Assembly (NCBI RefSeq): GCF_006345805.1
Contig: NW_021836139.1
Coordinates: 1 to 64,000 of the forward strand
Reading direction: 5' to 3'
Length of the DNA: 64,000 bases
Origin: Octopus sinensis
Lineage: Eukaryota
Positions 1 to 12,556 of this stretch are shown here, one piece after another. Under the pieces are notes generated by a model. The model was not told the DNA's origin. It did not search any database and worked only from the letters and a program-made list of their open reading frames with translations. Within the stretch, counting starts at the first letter, position 1; each line of letters opens with the position of its first letter. The translations under genes and the position numbers were made by a program.

Positions 1-298
1 TCTTTTTCAAGTGCTAGAGGGCGTTTGAAGCTATTATCAAGTTAAAGAAAATTGCTAAAAAATAAATTTTCAGCATGTTTACCTGAGTTAACTCATGTTT
101 AATGTGATCAGAAACATCACAAGAGAAGTGTCATGAAATTTGCAGAACATTTTATATGAAAAAATAGCTATTTGTGACTTTCCAATTTACAAGTCACTTA
201 TCATGCGTAATAATTTCCGTTGTTTTCTATTTAAATTCTAGTCATTTGCCTGAAACTCTATTTCTCTGAGAAAACAGACAGACTCTCATGCACATTAC

Positions 299-334
<36 letters not shown>

Positions 335-929
335 CACATGTCTGTATTACTGTAAAAGTTTGTCATCATCAAAAATTAACCAGGTTTGTTCTATTTGGAA
401 TGAAGTTCAAAAGCAGAAAACCATTTTCAAATACTTTTTTCCTGATTTTAAATTGAATGTCTTAATTTTATATATTCTTATAAATAATTAATTATTTCAT
501 GGGTGGCTAATGAAGGCTGTACTGTAAATGACAGTAACACAGCCAGTGTAGTGAGATTTAACAATGAGTACAGCAATGGATTTCTTTCCTATTTATTTTA
601 GTTCTCCTGAGCAGTTTAATACTAGCTGCTGATGGAAACTTTTGTATGCTAATGTGGGATGACATCAGCAGCTGGGGAGCTGACCAGAAGAGGAAGGGGC
701 AGAAGTGACGTGCGCGCAGGCAGGGCAGCATTGGGCCTTTTTGATCGAGGTAGCCAACGGAGTTGGACATGTGAGCGCTTTGTTAAGGCAAGGGGAAAGC
801 AGCTGCTATTTCTAGCGTTCAGGTTGGACCGCGTGGAAGGGTGCATTACCACTGGAGAAGTCTCCGTCGACGACGAGAAGGTAGGTGTCCTTATTTCAAA
901 TCTCCCGCATACACCACAGTTGATGGCCA

Positions 930-2030
930 TGTTTTTAAAGCAGAAATTCCAGACATATAAGCAAAACCTGGAATTGAAGGGCATTGAGGTAAAATTAACT
1001 AAGAGAAAGATAAGGATAAGTGGAAAAACAGACAGGATTCTAATGCCATCGTGAAAATGGCCATGCCTGGTGTGCAGGAAGATGCTGGTTGAAATTTTCA
1101 TAGATTGTGTCTAGTGTAGGTAATAGACACACAAAAGGTGTGGTGGATCTAAGAGAGCTTACCAACAATGCTAGCCTTCATATGCTCCAGGTTGTACAGT
1201 GAACCCAAGAAATAAGTTCTCTCAATTGCTCCTAGCAGTAGTTAACATGTTTTTTATTTCCTAGGTGACTTAATCAGCAGTAGAAGTGGATTCTTTGAAA
1301 GCATTGTAACCAGATTAAGAAGGGACAGAAAACTGTTCAGAGAGCCCATAACCTTTGTTGGGAAATAAGGGCCTCTCTCTCTCTGGAAGTGACAGGCAGA
1401 TTGTATGATGCATGCACATGTAGTGTAAAGCTTCATGGTAGCATGGCCTGGGTAGCGAGGGTGGTGGGCTGGCAGAAACATTAGCACACCGGGCGAAATA
1501 CTTAGTGGTATTTTGTCTGCCACTACATTCTGAGTTCAAATTCTGCTGAGGTCAACTTTGCCTTTCATCCTTTCGGGGTTGATTAAATAAGTACCAGTTA
1601 CACACTGGGGTCAATATAATCGACTTAATCCGTTTGTCTGTCCTTGTTTGTCCCTTCAGTGTGTAGCCCCTTGTGGGTAGTAAAGAAATAGATAGTATCA
1701 AGTGGGCTCTAAAGATGGAGGAACTGTGAAGGTGTGAAAGAAATGAGGTATGCATGCTTCCCTGAATGTGTAATGTCAGTTTGCATAAACTGCATAGTAG
1801 AAATGACCTGAGAGAAATGAGATGGATAAGAAGAATCAGATGTAGTTTGCAAAAGAGAAGAATGCATTACTAAAGACATGTTGCATATGGATGAGAGGAG
1901 CTGCATAAAATGTGCCAAACACTTAAAGTGGATGGTGGAAAAGGAGGAAATGGGAGAAAGTGATGAAAAGTGGAATCAAGATGCTGAACCTCACAAAGGA
2001 GATGACAACATCCTGAACTAGGGAAAACAT
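930..2030 (+). mobile_element. Degraded RTE-clade LINE, reverse-transcriptase C-terminal region, interrupted by a SINE at about 1461-1690
   Basis: My translation across stops gives QKFQTYKQNLELKGIEVKLTK, WPCLVCRK, THKRC, FLGDLISS, GRLYDAC, LHGSMAWV, CERNEVCML*MCNVS and IRCSLQKRR. These are in the order expected for the RTE RT C-terminus as I recall it. Many stops and frameshifts. Confidence 0.72.
1461..1690 (+). mobile_element. tRNA-derived SINE, family A (head ggcggtgagctggcagaaacgttagc, tail gccccttgtggg..taaagaaata)
   Basis: Matches more than 15 other copies in this window; B-box-like gagttcaaattc. Confidence 0.85.
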
Positions 2031-2044
2031 GCCCTCTTAGGTAA

Positions 2045-2445
2045 TCCTTTCTACTATAGGCACAAGGCCTGAAATTTGGTGGGAAGGGCCCAGTTGATTA
2101 GATCGACCCCAGTACGCAACAGGTACTTAATTTATTGACCAAGAAAGGATGAAAGACAAAGTCAACTTCAACAGAATTTGAACTCAGAATGCAGCAACAG
2201 GCAAAATACTTATTTCTTTATTGCCCACAAGGGGCTAGACATAGAGGGGACAAACAAGGACAGACAAAGGGATTAAGTCGATTACATCGACCCCAGTGTG
2301 TAACTGGTACTTAATTTATCAACCCTGAAAGGATGAAAGGCAAAGTTGACCTCGGCGGAATTTGAACTCACAACATAACGGCAGACGAAATACTGTGAAG
2401 CATTTCGCCCGGCGTGCTAATGATTCTGCCAGCTCTCTGCCTTTG
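2045..2445 (-). mobile_element. Family A SINE tandem dimer
   Basis: Two consecutive antisense family A bodies joined at about 2205-2215. Confidence 0.8.
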
Positions 2446-2489
2446 CCTTCTTAAGTAATGGCAAAAAGAAATCTAACTAGGAGAATGCT

Positions 2490-3198
2490 ATTACTGTATT
2501 CACCCACAGCTTCTTTCATGCTTCTCTCCCACAATTCTCTCTTACGGCCTGCCTCTCCAAACTGCTCTCTTTGCTTTTATTCTCTGCTCTCTTTCTCAAC
2601 CTCTGTGATACCTCTTCCCTCCAACCTCTCTTTATCTTTCTTCTCTTAATAAATTCATCCTCAACTCTGCTAATTCCTATGGTACTTTCCACCCTTTCTT
2701 TCTCTTTCTGCTCTTCCACTCATCCTTTGCTCCACTCCTACCTCCCTTTTTCTCATCATCCTCTCTTGGTTCCTAACTCTATGACACCTTATTGTTTCTT
2801 TGTCTCTTTCATCACTTCTGTGATATGATACATGCCATCTTTTCTTTGTCTTGACCCCCCACCTGTATGATACCCTCCAAACTCTGTCTCTTTCCTTTTC
2901 TTCCTCTCACTGTCATCTCTCTGCAGCTTCCCTATCATGGGAAGCTTTCTCTGCATTTTTACTCTACTCTTTCTCCATCTTTCTATTTCTCTCCAGCCCT
3001 TCTTGCTCCCACATCCTCTTCCTTTTTCCTTCACTTTACCCTCCCTTCAAAGCTTCCCCACCATCTCAGCTCCCTCTCTAGCCTACCTCCATTATCCCAC
3101 AATTCACTTCTTCTCTTAATTAGCCCTCTTCAGATTCCTTGCCACCCTCACCTATTTTCTCTTTCATTTTATCTTTCTTTACACTCTCTGCCCATACT
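2490..3198. repeat. CT-rich (polypyrimidine) low-complexity tract
   Basis: About 700 bp of mostly C/T on the plus strand; the overlapping ORFs are compositional artefacts. Confidence 0.75.
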
Positions 3199-3710
3199 TC
3201 ATCATCATCATCATCGTTTAACGTCCGCTTTCCATGCTAGCATGGGTTGGACGATTTGACTGAGGACTGGCAAACCAGATGGCTGCACCAGGCTCCAATC
3301 TGATCTGGCAGAGTTCCTAGCATGGGTTGGACGATTTGACTGAGGACTGGCGAACCTGATGGCTGCACCAGGCTCCAATCTGATCTGGCAGAGTTCCTAG
3401 CATGGGTTGGACGATTTGACTGAGGACTGGTGAACCTGATGGCTGCACCAGGCTCCAATCTGATCTGGCAGAGTTCCTACAGCTGGATGCCATTCCTAAT
3501 GCCAACCACTCTGAGAGTGCAGTGGGTGCTTTTACGTGCCAGGCGGTACTCAAAATGGCCATGCTCAAATGGTGTTTTTTATGTGCCACCTGCACAGGAG
3601 CCAGTCCAGCAGTAATGGCAACGACCTTGCTTGAATGCTTTCTCATGTGCCAGTAAGGTGACTCTGCAGCACTGGCAATGACTTCGCCCGAATGTTTTTC
3701 CATGTGCCAG
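3199..3710 (-). mobile_element. (GAT)n-tailed retroposon 3' end (family C, RTE-like) with an internal 80-bp triplication
   Basis: catcatcatcgtttaacgtccg..catgctagcatgggttggacg..gctggatgcc motif shared with 15617, 22876 and 39470. The unit at 3238 recurs at 3318 and 3398. Confidence 0.8.
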
Positions 3711-4594
3711 TAAATTGCTTGGCATTAGGAAGGGCATCTGGCCATAGAAACCCTACCAAAACAGAGACATAAGAGTATAATGTTGCTCTCTGATTTATCA
3801 TATCTTTTTCAAACAGATAGCATGGGAAGTATGCATAAAATGATAAGGAGGGGGGAGGGGAGGAGGAAGATAAGGATGGGAGAAGGAGGAGTGGGAGACG
3901 GAGAAGGACTACGATGACACTGATGGTGGATGTGGTAGTGATGGTGGTGGTGGTAATGATGCTGAGACTATGATGATGATGATGATGATGATGATGAGGA
4001 TGACGGTGATGATGATAATGATGATGATGATAACAGCAATATAACTGTCATCGTCATGATGCTGAGGCCTAATCAATCAAGATCCCTACATGAAATAAAA
4101 TATATTGTCATCATAACCTAACAGCTACTTCAGAATACTGTTTAACACCTTTCTGATTTTTTTATGTTTGTCAGAATTTAATTTCTGATATCTTAAAGGT
4201 AAGTAACACTTATACATGACATATTAAATTAATGACTATAAGAATAAAATTTTTCAACTACTTATTGTGGTTTTGTCATTAAAAGATCATTTGATGTCTT
4301 AGCCAACTGAAAGTAGATTAATCTAAATTTACTGCAACAAATTTGGTCAGGAATTGGAAATCTTGTTTTCTATTATGAGTTTACCGAATCTACCTATAAA
4401 AGTCACTTTTAATCTAAGCTGGCCGATTGACTTTTTAATAATACATAGTTATTGCTATTGCTAGATAGGCCAGCTTATTTCTGACTCAGTAAGACGTTTA
4501 GCAGAAAAAAGTAGCAAATACTAGACTTAAGGGTAACCCTTTGATTTCTCACTCTAAATGTTGAGAGTGATTCATTCGAGACTGGATGAAAAAT

Positions 4595-4730
4595 TTTACA
4601 TTTCACTCTTTTACTTGTTTCAGTCATTTGACTGCGGCCATGCTGGAGCACCGCCTTTAGTTGTGTAAATCGACCATAGGACTTATTCTTTAGAAGCCTA
4701 GTGCTTATTCTATCAGATGTTTGCGTGAGT
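4595..4730 (-). mobile_element. Family B SINE 3' fragment
   Basis: Reverse complement of taaaggcggtgctccagcatggccgcagtcaaatgactgaaacaagtaaaaga, seen intact at 13280-13335. Confidence 0.75.
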
Positions 4731-5299
4731 GTGTGTGTGTAGGTGTGTGTTTGTGTGTGTTTGTGCGTGTGTGTGGGCAGGTGTTTGAGTGTGTGTGTGC
4801 GGTGTGTGTGATGTAGGGATGTGTGTGTGGTGGGGGGGGGCAGCTGTTTGTGTCTGTGTTTGTCTACCACCATCACCACTTGACATCCCTGTAACCTAGC
4901 ACTTCAGTTAAAGAGACCAATAGAATAGATACCATGCTTAAAAGATTAAGTATTGGATTCAATTAATTCGAGGCAGTGCTCCAGCATGGATGTAGTCTAA
5001 TGACTAAAACATGTAAAAGATTAAAGATAAAAAGAGTTGAATCCAATCCATGATTCAAACTGGATATTTCAATTACAATCTCTATAGTCTTAATTACTCT
5101 TTATCAATTTACCGAATCTGTATGTTAATTAAAAGTTCTCTCTGACTTCTATAATTTTAATTCCATTTCTATGTCTTGGTGAAATTAGATGTAGCCTTGT
5201 ATTTCCTAAATTAAGGCTTGAGACTTGCCTCACATTCAATATATTTCTTATAAGCAGAAAACAACCCCTATTATCAATATATAGGCATCATATTCTTTA

Positions 5300-5757
5300 G
5301 GCACATCTTAAAGAGACAATGTTGAATCTCTCAGATGCTCAAAATGTTCTCCTTGAACATTGCAACATTCTTCAAACCTCTTTAGAACCCCCCGACACAC
5401 AGTGCAGCACAAATTCCAATCTTCATCAATTTCAGTGAATGCATCAGAAATGTAATCTTTTAATTCATTTACTGTTTTGAGATTCTTCTCATAAACTTTG
5501 TTCTTTACAACACCCCAAAGAAAGAAATCTATTGGTGTCAGGTCAGGTGAATGTGCTGGCCATTCAATGCTGCCCCATCTTTCAAACCAATGCTGTGGAA
5601 AGGCTTGGTTAAGGTAGTCTCTTACCGTCAACACATAATATGGGGGTGCTCCATCTTACTGAAAAAACAGTTCATGAAAGTTAGCTTTGGTTCTGAGTTG
5701 TGGTACTACCACATCACAAAGCATTTCCAACTGCAAACCTACTTTGGGGCCACCCTG
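5300..5757 (-). mobile_element. Internally deleted Tc1/mariner transposon, DD41D (rosa-like) spacing
   Basis: ORF 5308-5634 plus upstream codons read FQ*DGAPPYY..WPAHSPDLTPIDFFLWGVVKNKVY, with 41 residues between the second and third catalytic Asp. TIR-like end TA|cagggtggccccaaagtagg at 5757. Confidence 0.85.
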
Positions 5758-6399
5758 TATAAGGCTGTGAGCATGCTGGGTAAAACACTAAACAGCATTT
5801 CATTTGTCCTTATGTACTTAGTTCAAATTTCATGGAGGTTCACTTTGCTTTTTCATCCTCACAGGATCGATAAAATAAGTACATGTTGAGCCCTGGGGTG
5901 AATGTAGTCAACTTACCCCATTCCCACGAACTTGTTGGCCTTGTACCAAACTTTGAAACTAATATTTAGGTATGGATGTGATGAGGAACATTGCCTCCCA
6001 ACCATGTCATTCTGTATTCAGTTCCACTGTATGGCACCACAAGAAACATTCTATAACCTCGGGCCAACAAAAGCCTTGTGAAAGGAATAGCTTGACAGAA
6101 AATGAAAGAAACACATTGTAAGAATGAATTTTGTGTATTTAAAGTTGAATTGTTGATGTAACCATGGTGTTCTAATGATCTGATGAGCTGGCTTTCTTTT
6201 ACATTAATTCGCAAATATACAGTTGCATTCTGTAATAATGACCATATGTACCACTGGTAGTATGAATGCGTAATTTCTTGCATTCTGAAATTAATACTAC
6301 ATAAAGAAATTTGCTAAACATTCTTAATTTTATGGAAATCACTTGATTAAATAAATAAATGCATATTCAACTCACAAACTTTCTGTTAATTTAATTTGT

Positions 6400-6730
6400 C
6401 CTTAGTCAAAAGACGCCTGTTGTTATGTCTGGTTAATTATATTTGTGTAACATTTCTGTTTTTTTTTTTCTATCCTTGTTTCGTATACATTCGCTGCTTT
6501 CTTCCAAGGAATGTAATGCTCTTAGCTTATTTTTCCTTGGAGCTGACCAGATTGGAGTAATCTCAACTATAACCAGCCGAAATTGCAAAGATAATCTGGA
6601 ACTTGACTGAAGATAGAAAACTCCGAATGATCAGTCCTTGTTTTCCTTGTATCGTCTGTCTGGATATTTTGTTTTCCTTTTTTTGTTTCACCTAACTGTC
6701 CGGATGTTTTGCATTGTTAATGCTGAAGGT
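6400..6730. mobile_element. Interspersed repeat fragment, possibly a Penelope-like terminal region
   Basis: Resembles a repeat I recall from octopus sequence (ccagccgaaattgcaaagataatctggaac). No ORF support; family assignment is from memory only. Confidence 0.35.
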
Positions 6731-7176
6731 GGTTTTATAGAAAAGAAGGTTTATTTTTATCCTCATAGCATATTTTGATAAATAAAGTTATTATCTGTTA
6801 CTATATATCTGTTTTTTATAAACATAAATCTATCCTCAAATATCTTATGCACCCTGTATATATATATAGTCAAGAGGTATGAAAGGTGAATATATTTATT
6901 TAACCACTTGTCATCCTTAGGATTACTGCTGTTTTGCAGCCTTCTTCATGCAATAATAATTTCAGCATATAATAAATTATGTTTACATGTCATGTTTGCA
7001 CTAATATACTTGCTATGCATTATACAATACAATTGTATAGTCATAAAGCAAAGCAGATAAGCAGGCTAGCAAATCACATCAGCAGAACAGCATTAATAAC
7101 TGCATAATATATCTATAACCCATTTGATTAATGTAAAATTGTTTTTATTATAATTGAACATTAAAAAAATTAATAC

Positions 7177-7179
<3 letters not shown>

Positions 7180-7209
<30 letters not shown>

Positions 7210-7869
7210 TGTATGTATGTATGTTTGTATGTATGTATGTATGTATGTATGTATGTATGTATGTATGTATGTATGTTTGTATGTATGTATGTATGTATGT
7301 ATGTATGTATGTATGTATGTATGTTTGTATGTATGTATGTTTGTATGTATGTATGTATGTATGTATGTATGTATGTATGTGTGTGTGTGTATGTATGTAT
7401 GTATTTATGCATGTATGTATGTATGTATGTATGTAAGTATGTGTGTACGTATGTATGTATGTATGTATGTATGTATGTATGTATGTATGTATTTATGTAT
7501 GTATGTATGTATTTATGCATGTATGTATGTATATGTATGTATGTGTGTGTATGTATGTATGTTTGTATGTATGTATTTATGCATGTATGTATGCATGTAT
7601 GTATGTATGTATGTATGTATGTATGTATGTATGTATGTATGTGTGTTTTTATGTATGTATGTATGTATGTGTGTATGTGTATGTATGTATTTATGTATAT
7701 ATGTATATTTGTATGTATGTATGTATGTATCTATGTATGTTTGTATGTATGTATGTATGTATATATGTATGTATGTATGAATGTAAGTGTGTATGTATGT
7801 GTGTATGTATGTATGTATGTATGTATGTATGTATGTATGTATGTATGTATGTATGTATATATGTATGTT

Positions 7870-7901
<32 letters not shown>

Positions 7902-7910
7902 TGTATGTTT
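7180..7910. repeat. (TATG)n microsatellite array, about 730 bp
   Basis: Direct inspection; source of the MYVC/HTYI pseudo-ORFs. Confidence 0.97.
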
Positions 7911-7972
7911 GTATTATAGTTGTAAGTGAGAATCACTGTCATGTATGCAGTGTCGTTTGTTTTTAGTCTTAC

Positions 7973-8046
7973 ATGAATTCATGTCTAGCCATGAGGAATT
8001 ATTAGTTTGCTTAGAAATCAATGAGGGTTGCCAATATGAAGTGTAT
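7973..8046 (-). CDS. Weak candidate exon of the minus-strand gene (YTSYWQPSLISKQTNNSSWLDMNS)
   Basis: Acceptor ttttctctggttag, donor gtaaga, 74 nt, phase 2 to 1. Phase-compatible with the 20006-20075 exon, but the plus strand is also open here. Confidence 0.25.
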
Positions 8047-8114
8047 CTAACCAGAGAAAATCTGCTTCAGCACTTTCCACCTAACCCATGCAAGCTTGGA
8101 AAAATGAATGTTAA

Positions 8115-8335
8115 CCCTTTAGTGTTCGCATTATTCTGCCAAAATTAATGCTTCTTTATCCACATTGTTTTGAGCTAATCATGCATTATCTTGTAACTAT
8201 GAGATTTTGATGTGGTAGCTGTTAATTTTTAAAACAATATTGTAGGGTTGGTGTGAGAGACCAGATATGGCCAGTTTGAACATAAAACAGGCAGAATACT
8301 TTTGGCCGGATATGGCCAGTTTAAATGCGAAAGGG
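8115..8335. mobile_element. piggyBac-like MITE
   Basis: TTAA|CCCTTT at 8111-8120 and AAAGGG|TTAA at 8330-8339: TTAA duplication with CCC..GGG termini, no ORF. Confidence 0.65.
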
Positions 8336-8544
8336 TTAAAGCAATTACGATGACAATGCTGCTGCTGCTGATGATGGTTTTCTTATCAGTCAATTAGGAT
8401 GTAACAAGGAGAAACTTAGCAATGACCAGCTCTCATTTCCCCAACAGAATCTGAAAGTCAAAGTCAATCCCAAAATTTTTCATCTTAGAATATGGTGGGA
8501 GACAAAACTAAATACTTGAAGACATTTCTTCCACTATTGTTTCT

Positions 8545-8976
8545 TTTCTTCTTCATCATTCCCTAAGTGAAGAAAGACAATAATTTTTATCATCAGACAC
8601 CTACCATATTCTGAGCGCCTTGTTTCCCTGGGCATGGATTCACTGAAGCTCCGGCGTCTGGCGACGGACTTGGTAAACACCCACAAAGTTATCAACCACC
8701 TCACCAACAACAACACTGAACACCTTTTTGATCTCCATGTGTCTAACACACGTGGACATGCCTACAAAGTCAGAAAACAACACAGCTCCCATGACTTTCG
8801 GAAACATTTTTTCACACTCAGAGTTGCTGAAGCATGGAATAAACTACCTGCGTCAGTTGTTAACTGCCATGACACTGCATCCTTTAAGGCCCTCATGCTT
8901 TCCGAAATCCGCCGAAACTACACCTGATTATATATAGACTTTAGATGAGTTGTAGTGCACCTGAGCACTGTACACA

Positions 8977-9015
<39 letters not shown>
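8545..9015 (+). mobile_element. CR1-type LINE 3' end (5'-truncated) with (ATT)n tail
   Basis: Reads IRHLPYSERLVSLGMDSLKLRRLATDL..NTRGHAYKVRKQ..FFTLRVAEAWNKLP, then gtgcacctgagcactgta and (att)n. Confidence 0.9.
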
Positions 9016-9069
9016 GTGGTTTTGAGAAAAATTCAAGAAATGAGTGATGTTTTGAAATAGGGAAGAGGC

Positions 9070-9445
9070 CTGGCTTTGTGGTAAGAAGCTTGCTTCCCAC
9101 CCATATGGTTCAGGTTTCAATCCCACTGCATGGCACCTTGGGCAAGTGTCTTCTACTATAGCCTTAGGCTGACTAAAACCTTGTGAATAGATATGGTAGA
9201 TGGAAACTGAAAGAAGCCCATCATGTATATATGTATATATCTTTGTGTGTCTCTGTTTGTCCCCGCCATCATTGCTTGACAACTGATGTCAGTGTGTTTA
9301 CATCCCTGTAACTTGGCAGTTTGGCAAAAGAGACTGATAGAATAAGTACTAGGCTTACAAAGAATAAGTCATGGAGTTTACTTGTTCGACTAAAGGCGGT
9401 GCTCCAGAATGGCCATAGTCAAATAACTGAAAAGAATAAAAGAAT
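9070..9445 (+). mobile_element. Family B tRNA-derived SINE
   Basis: Collinear with 12937-13340: head, ggcaccttgggcaagtgtcttctactatagcc, internal TA/TG microsatellite, 3' tail. Confidence 0.85.
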
Positions 9446-9699
9446 AAGTTTAAATCTGGAACTGAATGAAAAAGCAAATCCACATATTGTTCCAACACAC
9501 ACACACACACTCACACACACAGACACACACACCTACACACACAAAGAGAAAAATGGTGAACGAAATAAACTAAGATAAGAATTGATGTCTGAGAATGTCT
9601 AGAAAAGATATAGGTTGTTCATGACTTTCCAAAGGCTGTATTAAAGTTAATGCTGATTTGTCAAGATTTTACAGCATATTTAATTGCAACATCTCAGAC

Positions 9700-10150
9700 A
9701 TACATAAATACATACACACATACATACACACATATATATATATATACACTTACACACATATATACACACACATACATACATACACACAGATACACATACA
9801 TACATGCATATGAACACAAATATATATGTGTCCGTATTCATATATATGTATACTCATATATTCATGCATACTTCCCTATATACTTACAAATATATTCATA
9901 TATACTTATATATAAATATATATATATACACACACAGATATATATATACACATATATATACATATATGTATATATATAAATATGTATTTATATATATATA
10001 TCTATATCTATCTATCTATATATATATATATATAGATATATATATATATATATATATATATAATAATATATATATATACATATATATATATATATGTATG
10101 TATGTGTGTGTGTGTGTGTGTGGTGTGTGTGTGTGTTGTGTGTGTGTATG
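9700..10150. repeat. Compound CA/TA/TG microsatellite
   Basis: Direct inspection. Confidence 0.9.
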
Positions 10151-10317
10151 CATGCAATATTGTCAGTATTTAATTAATTCCAGTTAGACGAAAGGTCAAT
10201 TGCCCTACTGGCGTATAGTAAAAAGAGCAATAAGATATAAAATACCACAAGGTATATATTGTATCTTTCAAAACGTTCTTGAACGATTTCCTTTTACCAT
10301 GACAATAATAATTCTTT

Positions 10318-10380
<63 letters not shown>

Positions 10381-10849
10381 GTATATATATATATATATGT
10401 ATGTATATTTACAAAGCAAGCTTTTTTTATCAGAAAAAAAGTAGCTTTATCATTTGATCATAGTAAATTATTTACTTATTTGATCAAAGCCTGGGAGATG
10501 AATGTCATACAAACTCTGATGAGATTTAAAGAGAAACGCTAGAATTACCGGAAACTAGTGATGATATTTTTACTTAATATGTGAAAAAAGCAGAAAATCC
10601 TAACGTCGATGGTACTAACAAGAAAAAGATTACAAGTTGTTATAGCAATCAATAATTGATCATATAGGAAATCCTCTTTTTTTAAAAATTATTGTGTCAG
10701 TGTTTTTCCCTAAATTGTTATTTTCTTTTCTCACTCTATCTTAAAGTTGGCAATACCAATTAGAATGTTTTACTAATAAATTCCAGAAGTCTGGAATAAT
10801 TAGCATACTACCAAATGAAAGAATCACACTTCCTCACCATATACCTATT

Positions 10850-11080
10850 TCTTTACAACCCACAAGGGCTAAACACAGAGAGGACAAACAAGGACAGACA
10901 AAGGGATTAAGTCGATTACATCGATCCCAGTGCATAACTGGTACTTAATTTATCGACCCCAAAAGGATGAAAGGCAAAGTCGACCTTGGCGGAATTTGAA
11001 CTCAGAACGTAACGGCAAACAAACCACAGCTATGCATTTTGCCCGGCGTGCTAACGATTCTGCCAGTTCACCGCCTTCCC
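10850..11080 (-). mobile_element. Family A SINE, near full length
   Basis: Reverse complement of the family A consensus. Confidence 0.88.
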
Positions 11081-11789
11081 TTACCATATACCATTTTAAT
11101 AAATAATTCATTTAAATTCTAGGGTTGTCTCCCTTACCGTTTTTCACATAAAGTTACTAAATGTGGTAATTTTTGTCCCTACTATGAATGTAATATTAAT
11201 TAATTGACATGTCTTAATGTTCAGTATATCATACATGTTAATTTTTCTAAACTATTCGGCATTTTCATGCAATTTGTATCTTGGGCAGTCTTCCCCAAAT
11301 GCACTCATTCATTTTAACTATCAGGAGGAGTTAAGTAATGAAGTCACACCTAGGAAATTTATTCGAATCACTCAGAGTTTTGAAGACTTAATGGAATAGC
11401 AAAAAAGGACAAAAAACTCATTTTCACACAGTCAATATTTTGAGGATAGCAAAGGAAATTTCATTGGATTCAGTATCAGAAATTGATGAGAAAATATTTC
11501 ATCTCCTATTAGTACCAACCTTTAGCGGCACAGCTTGTTCATGCAGTGAGAGAGAAATGATAATTGCTGATGGAAATTCCCAACTAATTAGGGAAAATAT
11601 GAAAGTAGGTGATCAGGGAAAAATGATAACCAGAGGACTCAACATAAAACAATGAAAATAGGTGAGAAGGAACGATTTCTTCTAAATGATAACGAAATCT
11701 CTCCCCCAAAAAATAGTGAAGAAAATGAAGGGAACAGAGATGAACTAATTTTCACCTTATTTGGAAAGTGAACAAACACTTACAAAATT

Positions 11790-12060
11790 AGATTCAAACT
11801 ATAAATAACAGCCAAAAGATAGATTGCAAGTAAAATCAAAACTATGACATTACTGTAAAGATTATTCACCAACATGTGACAGTTCTGGTTGGGATGAATG
11901 TTACTGTTGTTTTAACCCCAGGAAACATCATCTGTGTCTTTATATTTTTAAACAGGAGAGTTTAGCACCCTCACTCAGCACAAAGCAATATCTGTGGATA
12001 TTTTTACGGCTTCTGGGTTATTTTGCTTCCATGGCACAGAGTAACTGCTGGATGAGCTAT
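11790..12060 (-). mobile_element. Interspersed repeat (family G), homologous to 28420-28640
   Basis: Reverse complement shares gcag.tactct.tgc..aataacccagaa..ttgctttgtgctg..gggtgct.a.ctc and tttcctgggg.taaa.aacagtaaca with the 28.4-28.6 kb copy. Confidence 0.65.
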
Positions 12061-12379
12061 GAAACTCCCATTCAAAAATATATAGTTTTCAAAGTGATAC
12101 CCAATCTTTTAACTTAAAAGAAAATACCCATCAAAATGTTGGTGTTTTTCAACATCAAATATCTTAAACAAAGGGAAAAGATGCTCATTGGTGTCTTTTG
12201 ACTACACTTGAGCATAATCGAAGAAATAAATAAGTGAACAAGTTTGTAGAGTGCTCTCACTCAACTTATTCTGTAAGCTTTCATGCTTTATTTCTGAGAC
12301 TATGTCATCATAATTGTGTGTTTTAGAGAATTCATATTCTAACTTTATATTCATGCAAACATGTGTGCAATTTGTACAT

Positions 12380-12503
12380 TTGTATGTGTGTATATAGATG
12401 TGTATATATATATGTATATATATATGCATGTGTGTGTAATAGATAGATAGATAAATAGATAGATAGATAGATAGATAGATAGGTAGGTAGGTAGGTAGGT
12501 AGG

Positions 12504-12556
<53 letters not shown>

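Noticed and set aside
3238-3477. Regularly spaced repeats as a possible CRISPR array
   Set aside because: The units are contiguous 80-bp tandem copies with no unique spacers, inside a retroposon, in a eukaryotic context with no cas genes.
6190-6284. Minus-strand acceptor followed by two open frames (ECKKLRIHTTSGTYGHYYRMQLYICELM* or MQEITHSYYQWYIWSLL..)
   Set aside because: Splicing from the 7973 donor creates an immediate TAA; the frame cannot be chosen and there is no homology support.
7154-7942. Long ORFs (208-287 aa) of MYVC/HTYI repeats here and at 13685-14570 and 48784-49326
   Set aside because: They are translations of (TATG)n microsatellites, which lack stop codons in several frames; not genes.
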